Below, one piece after another: positions 1-7,962 of a DNA stretch of 31,228 nt (positions are counted from its first letter, which is position 1; every line of letters begins with the position of its first letter). The notes beneath the pieces were generated by a model. That model saw only the letters and a list, made by a program, of their open reading frames with translations. It was not told the origin of the DNA and searched no databases. The translations under genes and the position numbers were made by a program. Source of the DNA: Candidatus Micrarchaeia archaeon (lineage in GTDB: Archaea; Micrarchaeota; Micrarchaeia; Anstonellales; Bilamarchaeaceae); NCBI GenBank assembly GCA_041666445.1, contig JBAYGV010000001.1, positions 1 to 31,228 on the forward strand, in the 5' to 3' direction.

Positions 1-1
1 G

Positions 2-814
2 CTTTTGAATGTCATCCGCTCCGGGAACGGCTACAAAATACCTGCCAAACGCATCTGTGTTCTGGGCATGATACTGCTCCCGCCCGCTAAAGGTGTAGAA
101 TAAAAGGTCTGCATTTTGCACGGGATTTCCATCTTCGTCCCGGACCGTTCCGTAGATGATTGCACTTCCATCAAGGCGAGCCCCATCCATTGAACCGCTA
201 TAAACAGTTACGTCCGCTGTTTTCTTGCTTGCACCCTGCATCAAATCAATGGTTAAATCGAATTGCCCTTCATTATCGGCAGATGCAAAATAATGGATAG
301 TCTTTTCCTCGCCCGGCTGCAATGTTAGATTATCAGCCTGGAATGAAAAAAAATGCCTATTCCAATTTGGAACAGCTGCACGAAGCTCGCTTATGGGAGT
401 GAGCGAGAAGCTTTCGGTTTTGCTCCCCTTGTTTTTTGCTGTTATAAGTATATCTGCCCCGAGCGAATAAAGCGGGTAAGTTGCGGCAACAGAGTAGTAA
501 TTTAATTCAACATTTCCAAGCTGCAGGGTTTTATTCTCTCCTGCAAGCAAAGGGCTTTTTGACGGGGTTGAGAGGTCAGGGGAAGGAATATTAAACGGTG
601 GAATTTGCTGGGGGCGGCTTTGGTTTATCTGGGTAATATTTTGCGGCTGTTCAAGCTGATTTTCCGGTTGCTGCCCATTTGATTTAATCGGCCCCGCATT
701 TGTTTTTCCAGCTTCGGAAAAGTTTTGCGCAATCGGATTTGCCCCTTGATTGACGCACCCTGCAGAAAAAAGAAACACGCAAACCGAAAGAATAAGAACA
801 AGCCTCAAGTCCAT
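2..814 (-). CDS. Secreted lipoprotein with a carboxypeptidase-regulatory-like (beta-sandwich) domain; 3'-truncated by the window edge and absent from the ORF track
   Basis: Manual translation gives an open frame from ATG at 814 off the window start: MDLRLVLILSVCVFLFSAGC (lipobox), a Q/P/N-rich linker, then ...IIYGTVRDEDGNPVQNADLLFY...TDAFGRYFVAVP. GAGGT RBS lies just upstream. Confidence 0.8.
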   Translation of the reverse strand, partial: MDLRLVLILSVCVFLFSAGCVNQGANPIAQNFSEAGKTNAGPIKSNGQQPENQLEQPQNITQINQSRPQQIPPFNIPSPDLSTPSKSPLLAGENKTLQLGNVELNYYSVAATYPLYSLGADILITAKNKGSKTESFSLTPISELRAAVPNWNRHFFSFQADNLTLQPGEEKTIHYFASADNEGQFDLTIDLMQGASKKTADVTVYSGSMDGARLDGSAIIYGTVRDEDGNPVQNADLLFYTFSGREQYHAQNTDAFGRYFVAVPGADDIQK

Positions 815-878
815 GTTTACCTCTCGAAACCTGTGAATAAAAACCTTTGCAGTAATTTTCTCTTTTTCCATATGAAGT

Positions 879-1562
879 TCAGTTGGATAGATTTTGGCCG
901 GGCATCCGGTCAATGTATAGGTTGCACGAATCCATCGCCTTCTTGTCAGCCAGCTTGTTGCAATAGGATTTATCCAGCAATACCAAGCCGAGGCATTGGT
1001 TGCGGTACTCTTCATTAGTCAGCAAATTGCAAATGGTGGAATTTTTATGCGACAGCGCATAGCTCTGGATGCAGATTTCTTTCTGGTCATCGCAGGACCA
1101 GAACATGTCGCACTCCATGGAAAAGCATTCCTGATAATTGCCAAGAATTTCCGAGCGGCAGATTGCCCTGTCAACTGCGCGCCCACGCTTGCCGCAAAGG
1201 GACAGGTCGCTCTTATTCTGGGCAAAACCGCCAAGGCACCAATCAGAAAGAATGAATCCGTCTTGAAAATATTTTACAGTTGCCTTGCAAATTTCCATAT
1301 CGTTGCGCTGTATTGCCAGGTTCTGGATGCATGAAAAAAGCTCGCCCGTATCTTCCAAATCCATTGATGAATAGGTTTCATTCTGCCTAGGCAGGTATTG
1401 GGAGCAATTCATTGCAACCAATGCAAGATTTTCATTCTCCATGGAAGAAGCAAGGTTGTTGGATTGCTGGTTGGATTCTTGATTGGACTGCTCTGGAAAA
1501 AACCCGCAGCACCCGGATAAGAGCATTGCCAATATGGCTAAAATAACCGGCATTTGGCGCAT
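879..1562 (-). CDS. Cys-rich repeat lipoprotein of unknown function
   Basis: Start placed at MRQM (1562). Signal/lipobox LLSGC followed by repeated C-x(n)-C helical-hairpin units (e.g. ICNLLTNEEYRNQC, YCNKLADKKAMDSC). Confidence 0.75.
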   Translation of the reverse strand: MRQMPVILAILAMLLSGCCGFFPEQSNQESNQQSNNLASSMENENLALVAMNCSQYLPRQNETYSSMDLEDTGELFSCIQNLAIQRNDMEICKATVKYFQDGFILSDWCLGGFAQNKSDLSLCGKRGRAVDRAICRSEILGNYQECFSMECDMFWSCDDQKEICIQSYALSHKNSTICNLLTNEEYRNQCLGLVLLDKSYCNKLADKKAMDSCNLYIDRMPGQNLSN

Positions 1563-1676
1563 GAATAAACTTGACAAGACAAACAATATAGCGCTTTGCC
1601 TAATTTTCCGAGTAACTTTTGCCAGTTTAGAAAGGCGTATAAACCCGAACTGCGAACAATTTTCTGGTGCAAAAAT

Positions 1677-2555
1677 ATGCGTCTTATATCCCTGATTATT
1701 GCGGGCGTTATTCTGTTTTCGATTTTTGGCTGCCTAACCCAGCCTTCTTCCGCCCCATCTTCCCAACCGCCAGGTTCGCAAGCGCAGGGAAATAACGCAA
1801 CAGGCACCATCAGCCAAAGCAATATTACTGGAATTGGCGGAACAGAACAAACTGGTTTAACGTTCAGCGAATGGATCGCCCCGGACAATTCAATGACCCT
1901 TCAGCTGCCGGATGGATGGCAGGCAAGCGAGAAACAGGTAGATACTTGCACCGTAAGCTGGAGCGTGCTTGACCCGGCAGGCACAAGCTCGGCGTACATG
2001 GACAACGAAATAATGGTATTGAAATCGGAAAATGCGCGGCAGATATACAAGGCGTATGGAATGGCCGGGATTGACAATGTGCCTGTTGCCGGCTATCTTG
2101 AAGCGGAAGAAGCAGTGCAACAGATTATTGCCCCGCTTACTGACGCCAGCGAAGTTCACGTAACTTATATAGATGCCGAACTCAGCCGCCAATTTTCGCA
2201 GACCGTATGCATAGTCGGATTTGCTGCCTGCAATGCGCAGGTTTTCGAAGCGGCTTACCAAAGGAACGGAATATTGATGCGGGGGAAATATCTTGTTCAG
2301 ACCTACGATTTCGGGGAGGGAACCACCTGGTGGATAAATATCTGGGGGTACACTTCGCCTGCTGCCGATTGGAACACGTCAGAGCAGACATTGGAAAAAA
2401 TATTCGCTTCTGCAAAATATACCGATGCCTGGGCTGCAACGTGCCAGAAAAATTCAAATGCCGCAAAAACAACCATAGATGAGGTTGTCAAAAGCCGCCA
2501 GGACGCATCCGATAAGGCAGCAGAAGCATGGGATGCTTACATACGCGGAGAATGA
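1677..2555 (+). CDS. Secreted lipoprotein of unknown function (possibly PsbP/DUF1795-like fold)
   Basis: Start placed at MRLISL (1677). Lipobox IFGC, S/P/Q-rich linker, then DNSMTLQLPDGW, an opening typical of PsbP-like folds. Confidence 0.7.
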   Translation: MRLISLIIAGVILFSIFGCLTQPSSAPSSQPPGSQAQGNNATGTISQSNITGIGGTEQTGLTFSEWIAPDNSMTLQLPDGWQASEKQVDTCTVSWSVLDPAGTSSAYMDNEIMVLKSENARQIYKAYGMAGIDNVPVAGYLEAEEAVQQIIAPLTDASEVHVTYIDAELSRQFSQTVCIVGFAACNAQVFEAAYQRNGILMRGKYLVQTYDFGEGTTWWINIWGYTSPAADWNTSEQTLEKIFASAKYTDAWAATCQKNSNAAKTTIDEVVKSRQDASDKAAEAWDAYIRGE

Positions 2556-2566
2556 TTTTACGCCAG

Positions 2567-2875
2567 CTACTCCCTATTCGAAACCAGCAATATGGCAACG
2601 CCGAGCACCAGCCCTACTGCAATGGCGGTCACGCCCCGGTGTTGCGGAAACGCGCTGTCCCCTATCTGGATAACTCCCCAACAGAAGAAGAAAAGCCCGA
2701 TAAAAAAGAGAACTGCCTTCACTGCCCCATGGGCCACCCATTTCTTATTCTTGTTTAATCCTTCTGAAATCCCATCAGATACCCCTTCAGAAATAGTATG
2801 GCTGACTACAATTGGCAGCCCAATCGCATCATTCAAGACGTTCATAAAACCTGAAATCTGTTCCATGATACCCAT
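2567..2875 (-). CDS. Small two-TM membrane protein, YqjE / phage-holin_3_6-like
   Basis: Start at ATG 2875 (MGIMEQ) with a GAGATGG RBS-like sequence. Two C-terminal hydrophobic segments. Lies downstream of a DUF883-like gene, as yqjE does after yqjD. Confidence 0.65.
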   Translation of the reverse strand: MGIMEQISGFMNVLNDAIGLPIVVSHTISEGVSDGISEGLNKNKKWVAHGAVKAVLFFIGLFFFCWGVIQIGDSAFPQHRGVTAIAVGLVLGVAILLVSNRE

Positions 2876-2899
2876 ATTACCATCTCTTTGGAATCCCGA

Positions 2900-3024
2900 T
2901 GAAAAAATTTCATAAATTTTTTCAGAATCCGATTGTCCGAAGCATCGGACAATGGACATCTTGTTGCTCTAAGCAACAAGCTTGTTGGAATTTTAGAAAT
3001 TCCAATACGATGAAAATTTATGAA
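2900..3024. repeat. Tandem array of four perfect inverted repeats with an additional long-range inverted repeat
   Basis: TGAAAAAATTT-cat-AAATTTTTTCA (2900-2924); ATTGTCCGA-agca-TCGGACAAT (2932-2953); CTTGTTGCT-cta-AGCAACAAG (2960-2980); TTGGAATTT-tag-AAATTCCAA (2985-3005). Positions 2909-2920 are complementary to 3013-3024. Confidence 0.9.
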
Positions 3025-3062
3025 TAAAAATATAAATAAACGGCGCTTTGCTCGCGCCGTTT
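3025..3062 (-). terminator. Hairpin plus U-rich tract after the DUF883-like gene
   Basis: Minus strand reads AAACGGCGC-gagcaaa-GCGCCGTTT followed by ATTTATATTTTT, about 20 nt after the stop at 3084. Confidence 0.55.
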
Positions 3063-3083
3063 TCAAATTATATTAACCTTTAA

Positions 3084-3287
3084 TTACTCTTTTTTCCTGT
3101 GAGTAATTGCAAGCGTTGCAATAGCGCCAATGGCGGCACCAACCGCAGCGGCAACTAGAACTGCTTTTTCAGGCTCTTCCTTGATGTGAGCATCCATAGA
3201 TTTCTTGACATGAGCGAATTTCTTTTCCGCTTCTGCAATTGCCTTTCTTGCCTTTACTTCTGCTTCTTTCTTTAAGTTTTTTGCCAT
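3084..3287 (-). CDS. DUF883 / ElaB-YqjD-like tail-anchored membrane protein
   Basis: K/E/A-rich helical N-terminus, then IKEEPEKAVLVAAAVGAAIGAI (the 'P..avliAagvG' tail-anchor signature of DUF883) and a basic C-terminus. Confidence 0.7.
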   Translation of the reverse strand: MAKNLKKEAEVKARKAIAEAEKKFAHVKKSMDAHIKEEPEKAVLVAAAVGAAIGAIATLAITHRKKE

Positions 3288-3292
3288 AATCC

Positions 3293-3328
3293 CACCTCGT
3301 AATTTCGTTCACATTAATAGTTTATAAA
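3293..3328 (-). promoter_or_regulatory. Archaeal TATA box (TTTATAAA) and GAGGTG RBS of the DUF883-like gene
   Basis: TTTATAAA at 3321-3328 and GAGGTG (minus strand) at 3298-3293, just upstream of the ATG at 3287. Confidence 0.6.
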
Positions 3329-3355
3329 CCTGCGCACGGGAGAAACAATTCGCCA

Positions 3356-5260
3356 CTAAGCTATTGCCTCCTCAATCTTTTTCTCAAGAATCTTAAGGAA
3401 GCCCTGCCATAGTGACCCGTAATTCTGGAAATTTGAAATGAACGGGTTCAGCATGCATACCCTAAGGACGCGAACTTTGCCAACCCGGTTCCATTCCTTT
3501 TCCGGAATTCCAAGCCTTTTTACGAATTCTTTTGGCGCGTCACCGTAATCTTCCTTGCTCAGCTCGGTATTTGAAGTAATCCAGTCGTTTTTGTAAACCG
3601 GGCCTTCCACGTATGAGGATTCGGAATAAATTTTTGAGTTAAGCTCGTTCATATTCTCCAAATTAGCATTGCCTTTCTCATTGAACGCCATGCAAATTAT
3701 GTTGAAGTCGGGAGTCCAGACTAACGGCTGCACTAAGAATTCCTTGCCCTTGACCTTCAGGCTTTTTATTGATTCGAGCGAGCGGGTAAACATCTGCGCC
3801 CCCTCTATGCTTCTTCCGATTATTTCGCCATAGCCAGTTATGTTCAACGGAACCAGCCTGTGGCTTGCCCAAACTGCTGCTGCAGTTGCACCAGCTTTTG
3901 AGCCTTCCATTATGTATGAGCCAAGAAGAACCGGGGTGTTCTTTCCTGATTCGAAAACATAGGCTGCAAAATAGGATATCAGATCCAGTATCCTGCGGTC
4001 CTTGATTGCAATTCCCCCCGCAGCATAGGGAATGTATCCCATCTTGTGTGGGTCAATGGTAATGGAATCTGCTGCCGGGATTGCCCTATAGGATTCGTAG
4101 ATTTCCTTTGCCGGATAGGAATGGTTCCCTACGAAAACCTTGTCCGAAAACAGGCGTTTTTTCAAAGTGCCGTATTCCATGAAACGGCTTTTTTCGTCGA
4201 GGAATAACGCCCTTGAATAGCCCCCATAGGCAGCATCAATGTGGAAATAGAATGAAACTCCTTTTTTCTGATAAGCGTCGCGCAGCTTTGCGATTTCGGC
4301 AATCCGGTCAATCGCTCCTTCTTCCGTAGTGCCCACCACCCCAACTACTGCAATTATTGGGATTTTCTTTGCTACGTGCCCGTCAATGATTTTTTTCAGG
4401 ACTCCGATGTCCATGCGAAAATGCTCATCTACCTGCACTTCTATAAAATTCTTGTTTCCTATGCCCAGGACATCGGCGGCCTTAACCCACGAATAATGCT
4501 TGGATTGCGGGACAATGACAACACCAAGTTTTCCTTCCCCGACTCCGGTTCCACGCACAGTTTCTTTCCTAACTGCATCAAAGCAGCCCGCCTTCTTGAC
4601 TTTCTCAATCAGGTCAAGCGCTTTCTGCGTTGGCATATTCATGAGCTGCCAATCGCTCATTCCTTTTACCAAAGACGGCTTGACTTTTTTTACTGCGGGC
4701 GGGAAAGATTTGAGATTCCTGGCCATCCAAAGCCCTTCGTAGTTGGCAATCGTCCCGTCGGTAGTGATGTGCCCCCAGGAATTTTTTGGGTCAAAACCGA
4801 GCATGGCTGAAAGGTCTTTCCCAACTTCAATTTCCATGGGCGCGGTTGCAGTTGACGCTTCATAGGCCACGTTGTTCGGATTGTAAAGAAGCGCTGCCAT
4901 GTAGGCCAGGTTTGCAACCATGAGCGTATCTGAATTCATATGGCCAAGATAGCGTGCTGAAAACCATGGCATGGAAGTTGCCTTGAGCTTTGATGAAAGT
5001 TCAGAAAGGACTTCAGATGTCCTGTCCAGGGTTTCCTGATATTTCTCGCTGCGCATTTCATGCATAGAGGATATTTCAGCATCTTCAGGATGAAAATCCC
5101 TGCGCCAGTGCATATGCTCTTCCATCAGGAAATTGAGCATGTTCTTGAAATATTCGCGGTTTTCCGATTTCGGACCTAAGAAAAGCGCCTTGACTTCAAC
5201 ATCTTTTGGATTAGCTTTTGCAACGCTAGGTTTTGCATTTTTCTTTTTTTCTCCGGCCAT
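3356..5260 (-). CDS. tdcA: Group II PLP-dependent decarboxylase, Enterococcus/Lactobacillus-type L-tyrosine decarboxylase
   Basis: 634 aa with ALFLGPKSEN, RYLGHMNSDTL, NNVAYEAS, WGHITTDGTIANYEGLWMARN, VPQSKHYSWVKAADVLGIG, HIDAAYGGY, SITIDPHKMGYIPY (PLP lysine) and YIMEGSKAGATAA. These motifs closely match the lactic-acid-bacterial TyrDC family. Confidence 0.85.
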   Translation of the reverse strand: MAGEKKKNAKPSVAKANPKDVEVKALFLGPKSENREYFKNMLNFLMEEHMHWRRDFHPEDAEISSMHEMRSEKYQETLDRTSEVLSELSSKLKATSMPWFSARYLGHMNSDTLMVANLAYMAALLYNPNNVAYEASTATAPMEIEVGKDLSAMLGFDPKNSWGHITTDGTIANYEGLWMARNLKSFPPAVKKVKPSLVKGMSDWQLMNMPTQKALDLIEKVKKAGCFDAVRKETVRGTGVGEGKLGVVIVPQSKHYSWVKAADVLGIGNKNFIEVQVDEHFRMDIGVLKKIIDGHVAKKIPIIAVVGVVGTTEEGAIDRIAEIAKLRDAYQKKGVSFYFHIDAAYGGYSRALFLDEKSRFMEYGTLKKRLFSDKVFVGNHSYPAKEIYESYRAIPAADSITIDPHKMGYIPYAAGGIAIKDRRILDLISYFAAYVFESGKNTPVLLGSYIMEGSKAGATAAAVWASHRLVPLNITGYGEIIGRSIEGAQMFTRSLESIKSLKVKGKEFLVQPLVWTPDFNIICMAFNEKGNANLENMNELNSKIYSESSYVEGPVYKNDWITSNTELSKEDYGDAPKEFVKRLGIPEKEWNRVGKVRVLRVCMLNPFISNFQNYGSLWQGFLKILEKKIEEAIA

Positions 5261-5264
5261 CCCA

Positions 5265-6731
5265 TCACCTTTTTCTTGGCTTAGCCTTGCTGGCCTCTGC
5301 CTTCGGTTTTACATCAGTCTCCCCACCCTGCTTCCACTCCGGCTTCTTGAAATGGTAAATAATAAGCGGAACGGCGACCACTGCCAAAGTCCCAATCAGC
5401 ATGAACGCAACATAGGTGTTTGCGCTGCTTCCTTCAGAAATCTGGCTCGGGGGCGTGAGCGCCAGTAAGAAAAGGAATATCATTGAAAGGAAACCAAATC
5501 CTGCGACTAGCCACATTCCCAATTTGCCGCCAGGGATTGAAAATGGCCTTGGCACTTTTGGCTGGGAATACCTCAGGCGGATGGCAGCCGCATACATCAG
5601 GAGGTACATTACGATATAGACTGCAGTAGTCAATGCAAAAAGCATCCAGAACGAACTGTTGACTCCGCCAGGAAGCAGGACGTAGACTGCCCCCCAAAAA
5701 GTTATCATGATTGCCTGCAGTATGAGCATGTTGGTAGGAATTCCATTTTCGTTTTTCTTCTGGAGAATTCTTGGAAGATTCCCTTCGCGCGCAGTCATGA
5801 ATAAACCGCGAACAGGCCCAAGAATCCATGTGGACACCTGCCCCATTGCGCCAATAACTATAAGGAGTGCGAATATCCCTACGAGCCATGAGAGCCCCAT
5901 GCTCTGGAAAATCACCTGAAAGGTCTGCATTATGCCTGCAAGAAGATTAAGGTTTCCAATCGGAACAATCATCGCAACTAATAGGGCGCCGATTACCCCG
6001 ACCACGGTGGTTACAATTCCTACAATCAGTATGCCAAGCGGATAGTTTTTCTGCACATCCTTAATTTCGTTCGCGTGGGTTGCAGTCATTTCAATTCCAA
6101 TGAAAACAAATACGAACGTAACCAGGAGAACGAGATTGGACATGGACGATAGGTCGGGAATAAGGTCTGCTATTGTCGGATTCAACGTAAGCTGGACTGG
6201 ATTTCCTGAAAGAACGTACCATAATCCGCCCAGTATGAGAACGGCTGCCGGAATGAAAGTTCCAATCACTACTGAAATTGAGCTTATCTTGGAATAGGTT
6301 TTCATGCCTTTGAAGTTCAGGAGTGTAAAGCCCCACCAAATGACAACGATTATGAGAAACTCGAACAGCTTGTTGTCTGCAAGCGATGGGTCAAAAAGAT
6401 AGGCAAGTGTTGCTGCGATAAAAGTAAGGATGCTGATGAAGCCGATGGTCATCTGGAACCATTGTAGCCAGACGGCAGTAAAGCCCCATTTTTGGCCGAA
6501 TGCATTTTTGACCCAGGTATAAACCCCGCCTTCCTTGGGCCAGCCGGTTGCCAGTTCCGCAGAAACAAGGGACGCGGGAATAAGATATAGTATTACTGCA
6601 AGAAGGCAGAATGCAATTGACTGCCAGCCAACTACGCCCTGCGTAGGGAAAGTCCTGATGCTCATAAGAGCAGCAAAAGTCAGCAGGACAAAAGCAAGAA
6701 GACTAAGCTTAAACACATTTTTAGATGCCAT
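5265..6731 (-). CDS. APC-superfamily amino acid/amine antiporter (GadC/TyrP-like)
   Basis: About 12 TM segments; AELATGWPKEGGVYTWVKNAFG; GIEMTATHA; WILGPVRGL. Only 4 nt upstream of the decarboxylase start. Confidence 0.9.
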   Translation of the reverse strand: MASKNVFKLSLLAFVLLTFAALMSIRTFPTQGVVGWQSIAFCLLAVILYLIPASLVSAELATGWPKEGGVYTWVKNAFGQKWGFTAVWLQWFQMTIGFISILTFIAATLAYLFDPSLADNKLFEFLIIVVIWWGFTLLNFKGMKTYSKISSISVVIGTFIPAAVLILGGLWYVLSGNPVQLTLNPTIADLIPDLSSMSNLVLLVTFVFVFIGIEMTATHANEIKDVQKNYPLGILIVGIVTTVVGVIGALLVAMIVPIGNLNLLAGIMQTFQVIFQSMGLSWLVGIFALLIVIGAMGQVSTWILGPVRGLFMTAREGNLPRILQKKNENGIPTNMLILQAIMITFWGAVYVLLPGGVNSSFWMLFALTTAVYIVMYLLMYAAAIRLRYSQPKVPRPFSIPGGKLGMWLVAGFGFLSMIFLFLLALTPPSQISEGSSANTYVAFMLIGTLAVVAVPLIIYHFKKPEWKQGGETDVKPKAEASKAKPRKR

Positions 6732-6802
6732 AATCTTACCCCGCCGGAAGCCCAGTAGTATCTGGTTTCCGCCAATATTGGGACTAATACTAAGACTAGA
6801 AC

Positions 6803-6820
6803 AAATAGTAACTATTTAAA
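6803..6820. promoter_or_regulatory. 15-bp palindrome overlapping a TATA-like box in the divergent permease/YdeI promoter region
   Basis: AAATAGT-A-ACTATTT at 6803-6817 overlaps TATTTAAA at 6813-6820. Confidence 0.45.
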
Positions 6821-6843
6821 TTGTCGTTTTGCCTTTTAAAAGC

Positions 6844-7413
6844 ATGGAAATCACCAAGACGCTTTATGTGAAAAACAGAACCGAATGGCGGAATTGGCTT
6901 TCCAAACACCAGGATGGAAAGGAAACGGAAATCTGGCTCGTTTATTATCGAAAATCATCGGGAAAGCCCAGAATTCCATATAATGATGCTGTTGAAGAGG
7001 CGTTGTGCTTTGGCTGGATAGACAGCATCGTAAAAAGGATTGACGATGAAAAATTTGCGCAGAGGTTCAGCCCCAGAAGGAAAACCAGCATACTGTCAAG
7101 AATGAACATAGAACGGGTCAAAAAATTAATTGAAGAAAAAAGAATGACAAAACGGGGGCTGGATGCCATAGCCCATAGGTTCGACCCGAATGAAAAGGAC
7201 GACTTTAAGATTGCCAAGGACATTCTTGCTGAAATAAAAAAGGACAAACTGGCTTGGAAACACTTCCAACAGTTTCCGGAACGATACAAGCGGATAAGGA
7301 TAAGCTATGTTGAAGAAATCCGAAATTATAGCAGGGAGCAGTTCAAACGGAGATTGCGGAACTTCATAAAAAATACTGCAAAAAACAAGAGATTCGGGAT
7401 GGTTAGGGAATAA
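6844..7413 (+). CDS. YdeI/OmpD-associated family protein
   Basis: ATG at 6844 (MEITKTLYVKNRTEWRNWL), EIWLVYYRK, YNDAVEEALCFGWIDS, QRFSPRR, and a C-terminal OmdA-like segment. Confidence 0.9.
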   Translation: MEITKTLYVKNRTEWRNWLSKHQDGKETEIWLVYYRKSSGKPRIPYNDAVEEALCFGWIDSIVKRIDDEKFAQRFSPRRKTSILSRMNIERVKKLIEEKRMTKRGLDAIAHRFDPNEKDDFKIAKDILAEIKKDKLAWKHFQQFPERYKRIRISYVEEIRNYSREQFKRRLRNFIKNTAKNKRFGMVRE

Positions 7414-7436
7414 ATGAAAATAACCAGAAACAATAT

Positions 7437-7841
7437 CTATTCCGTTGGCTTTCCATCGTATTCTTCCGGCCTTGCCAATGCATCTGCCTTTGTGTGGCGG
7501 ATAGTCTTGTCTATGTGCTCTGGCGGAGAATATATTGTGTAAAGCTTGAGCTTGGCAGTTTTCGAAGTGTTCGTTACATTATGGCTTGCACCTGCAGGGA
7601 CAATGGCGCAGTCCCCATCCTTCACCCTGTGATTCACTCCGTCAATCAGGACAACTCCTTCACCGGTTTCGAACCTGAAGAACTGGTCGATATGCGAGTG
7701 TACTTCCTCTCCGATTTCTTCCCCGGGGTTAAGGCACATCAATACGAGCTGGCTATTTTTCCCGGTATAAAGCACGCGCCTGAAATCATTATTGTCTTTC
7801 GTCTGTTTTTCAAGATTTGCTGCATACCCTTTCTTTGCCAT
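7437..7841 (-). CDS. Cupin domain protein (Cupin_2 / mannose-6-phosphate isomerase-like)
   Basis: QLVLMCLNPGEEIGEEVH, DQFFRFETGEG, IVPAGASHNV, KLYTIYSPPEH. Start placed at MAKKGY. Confidence 0.9.
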   Translation of the reverse strand: MAKKGYAANLEKQTKDNNDFRRVLYTGKNSQLVLMCLNPGEEIGEEVHSHIDQFFRFETGEGVVLIDGVNHRVKDGDCAIVPAGASHNVTNTSKTAKLKLYTIYSPPEHIDKTIRHTKADALARPEEYDGKPTE

Positions 7842-7962
7842 GAAAATCACCTGGGTTAGGATTGCGGACTAAGAATATAAATTTTGCCTTGGTGCGCTGG
7901 ATGGGCAATAAAAACTTAATAAAATGGGTGTTTATAAATGTTAATAAATATAACAAAGTGAT

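Noticed and set aside
2500-2673. Possible frameshifted C-terminal extension of the 1677-2555 lipoprotein after YIRG
   Set aside because: The alternative frames run antisense through the convergent membrane gene and give no plausible sequence; treated as a natural end.
2900-3024. tRNA or tRNA-like gene suggested by the cloverleaf topology
   Set aside because: About 116 nt with 9-bp arms, 3-4 nt loops, no TTCRA T-loop, no 7-nt anticodon loop and no D-loop GG. It is kept only as an unexplained palindrome array.
2900-3062. CRISPR array
   Set aside because: The palindromes differ from each other in sequence; there is no repeat-spacer periodicity and no cas gene in the window.
2842-3066. 74-aa ORF, and the 29-aa upstream extension of 2567-2959, across the hairpin array
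   Set aside because: No RBS or recognisable protein features. The ATG at 2875 has a good RBS and gives a coherent protein.
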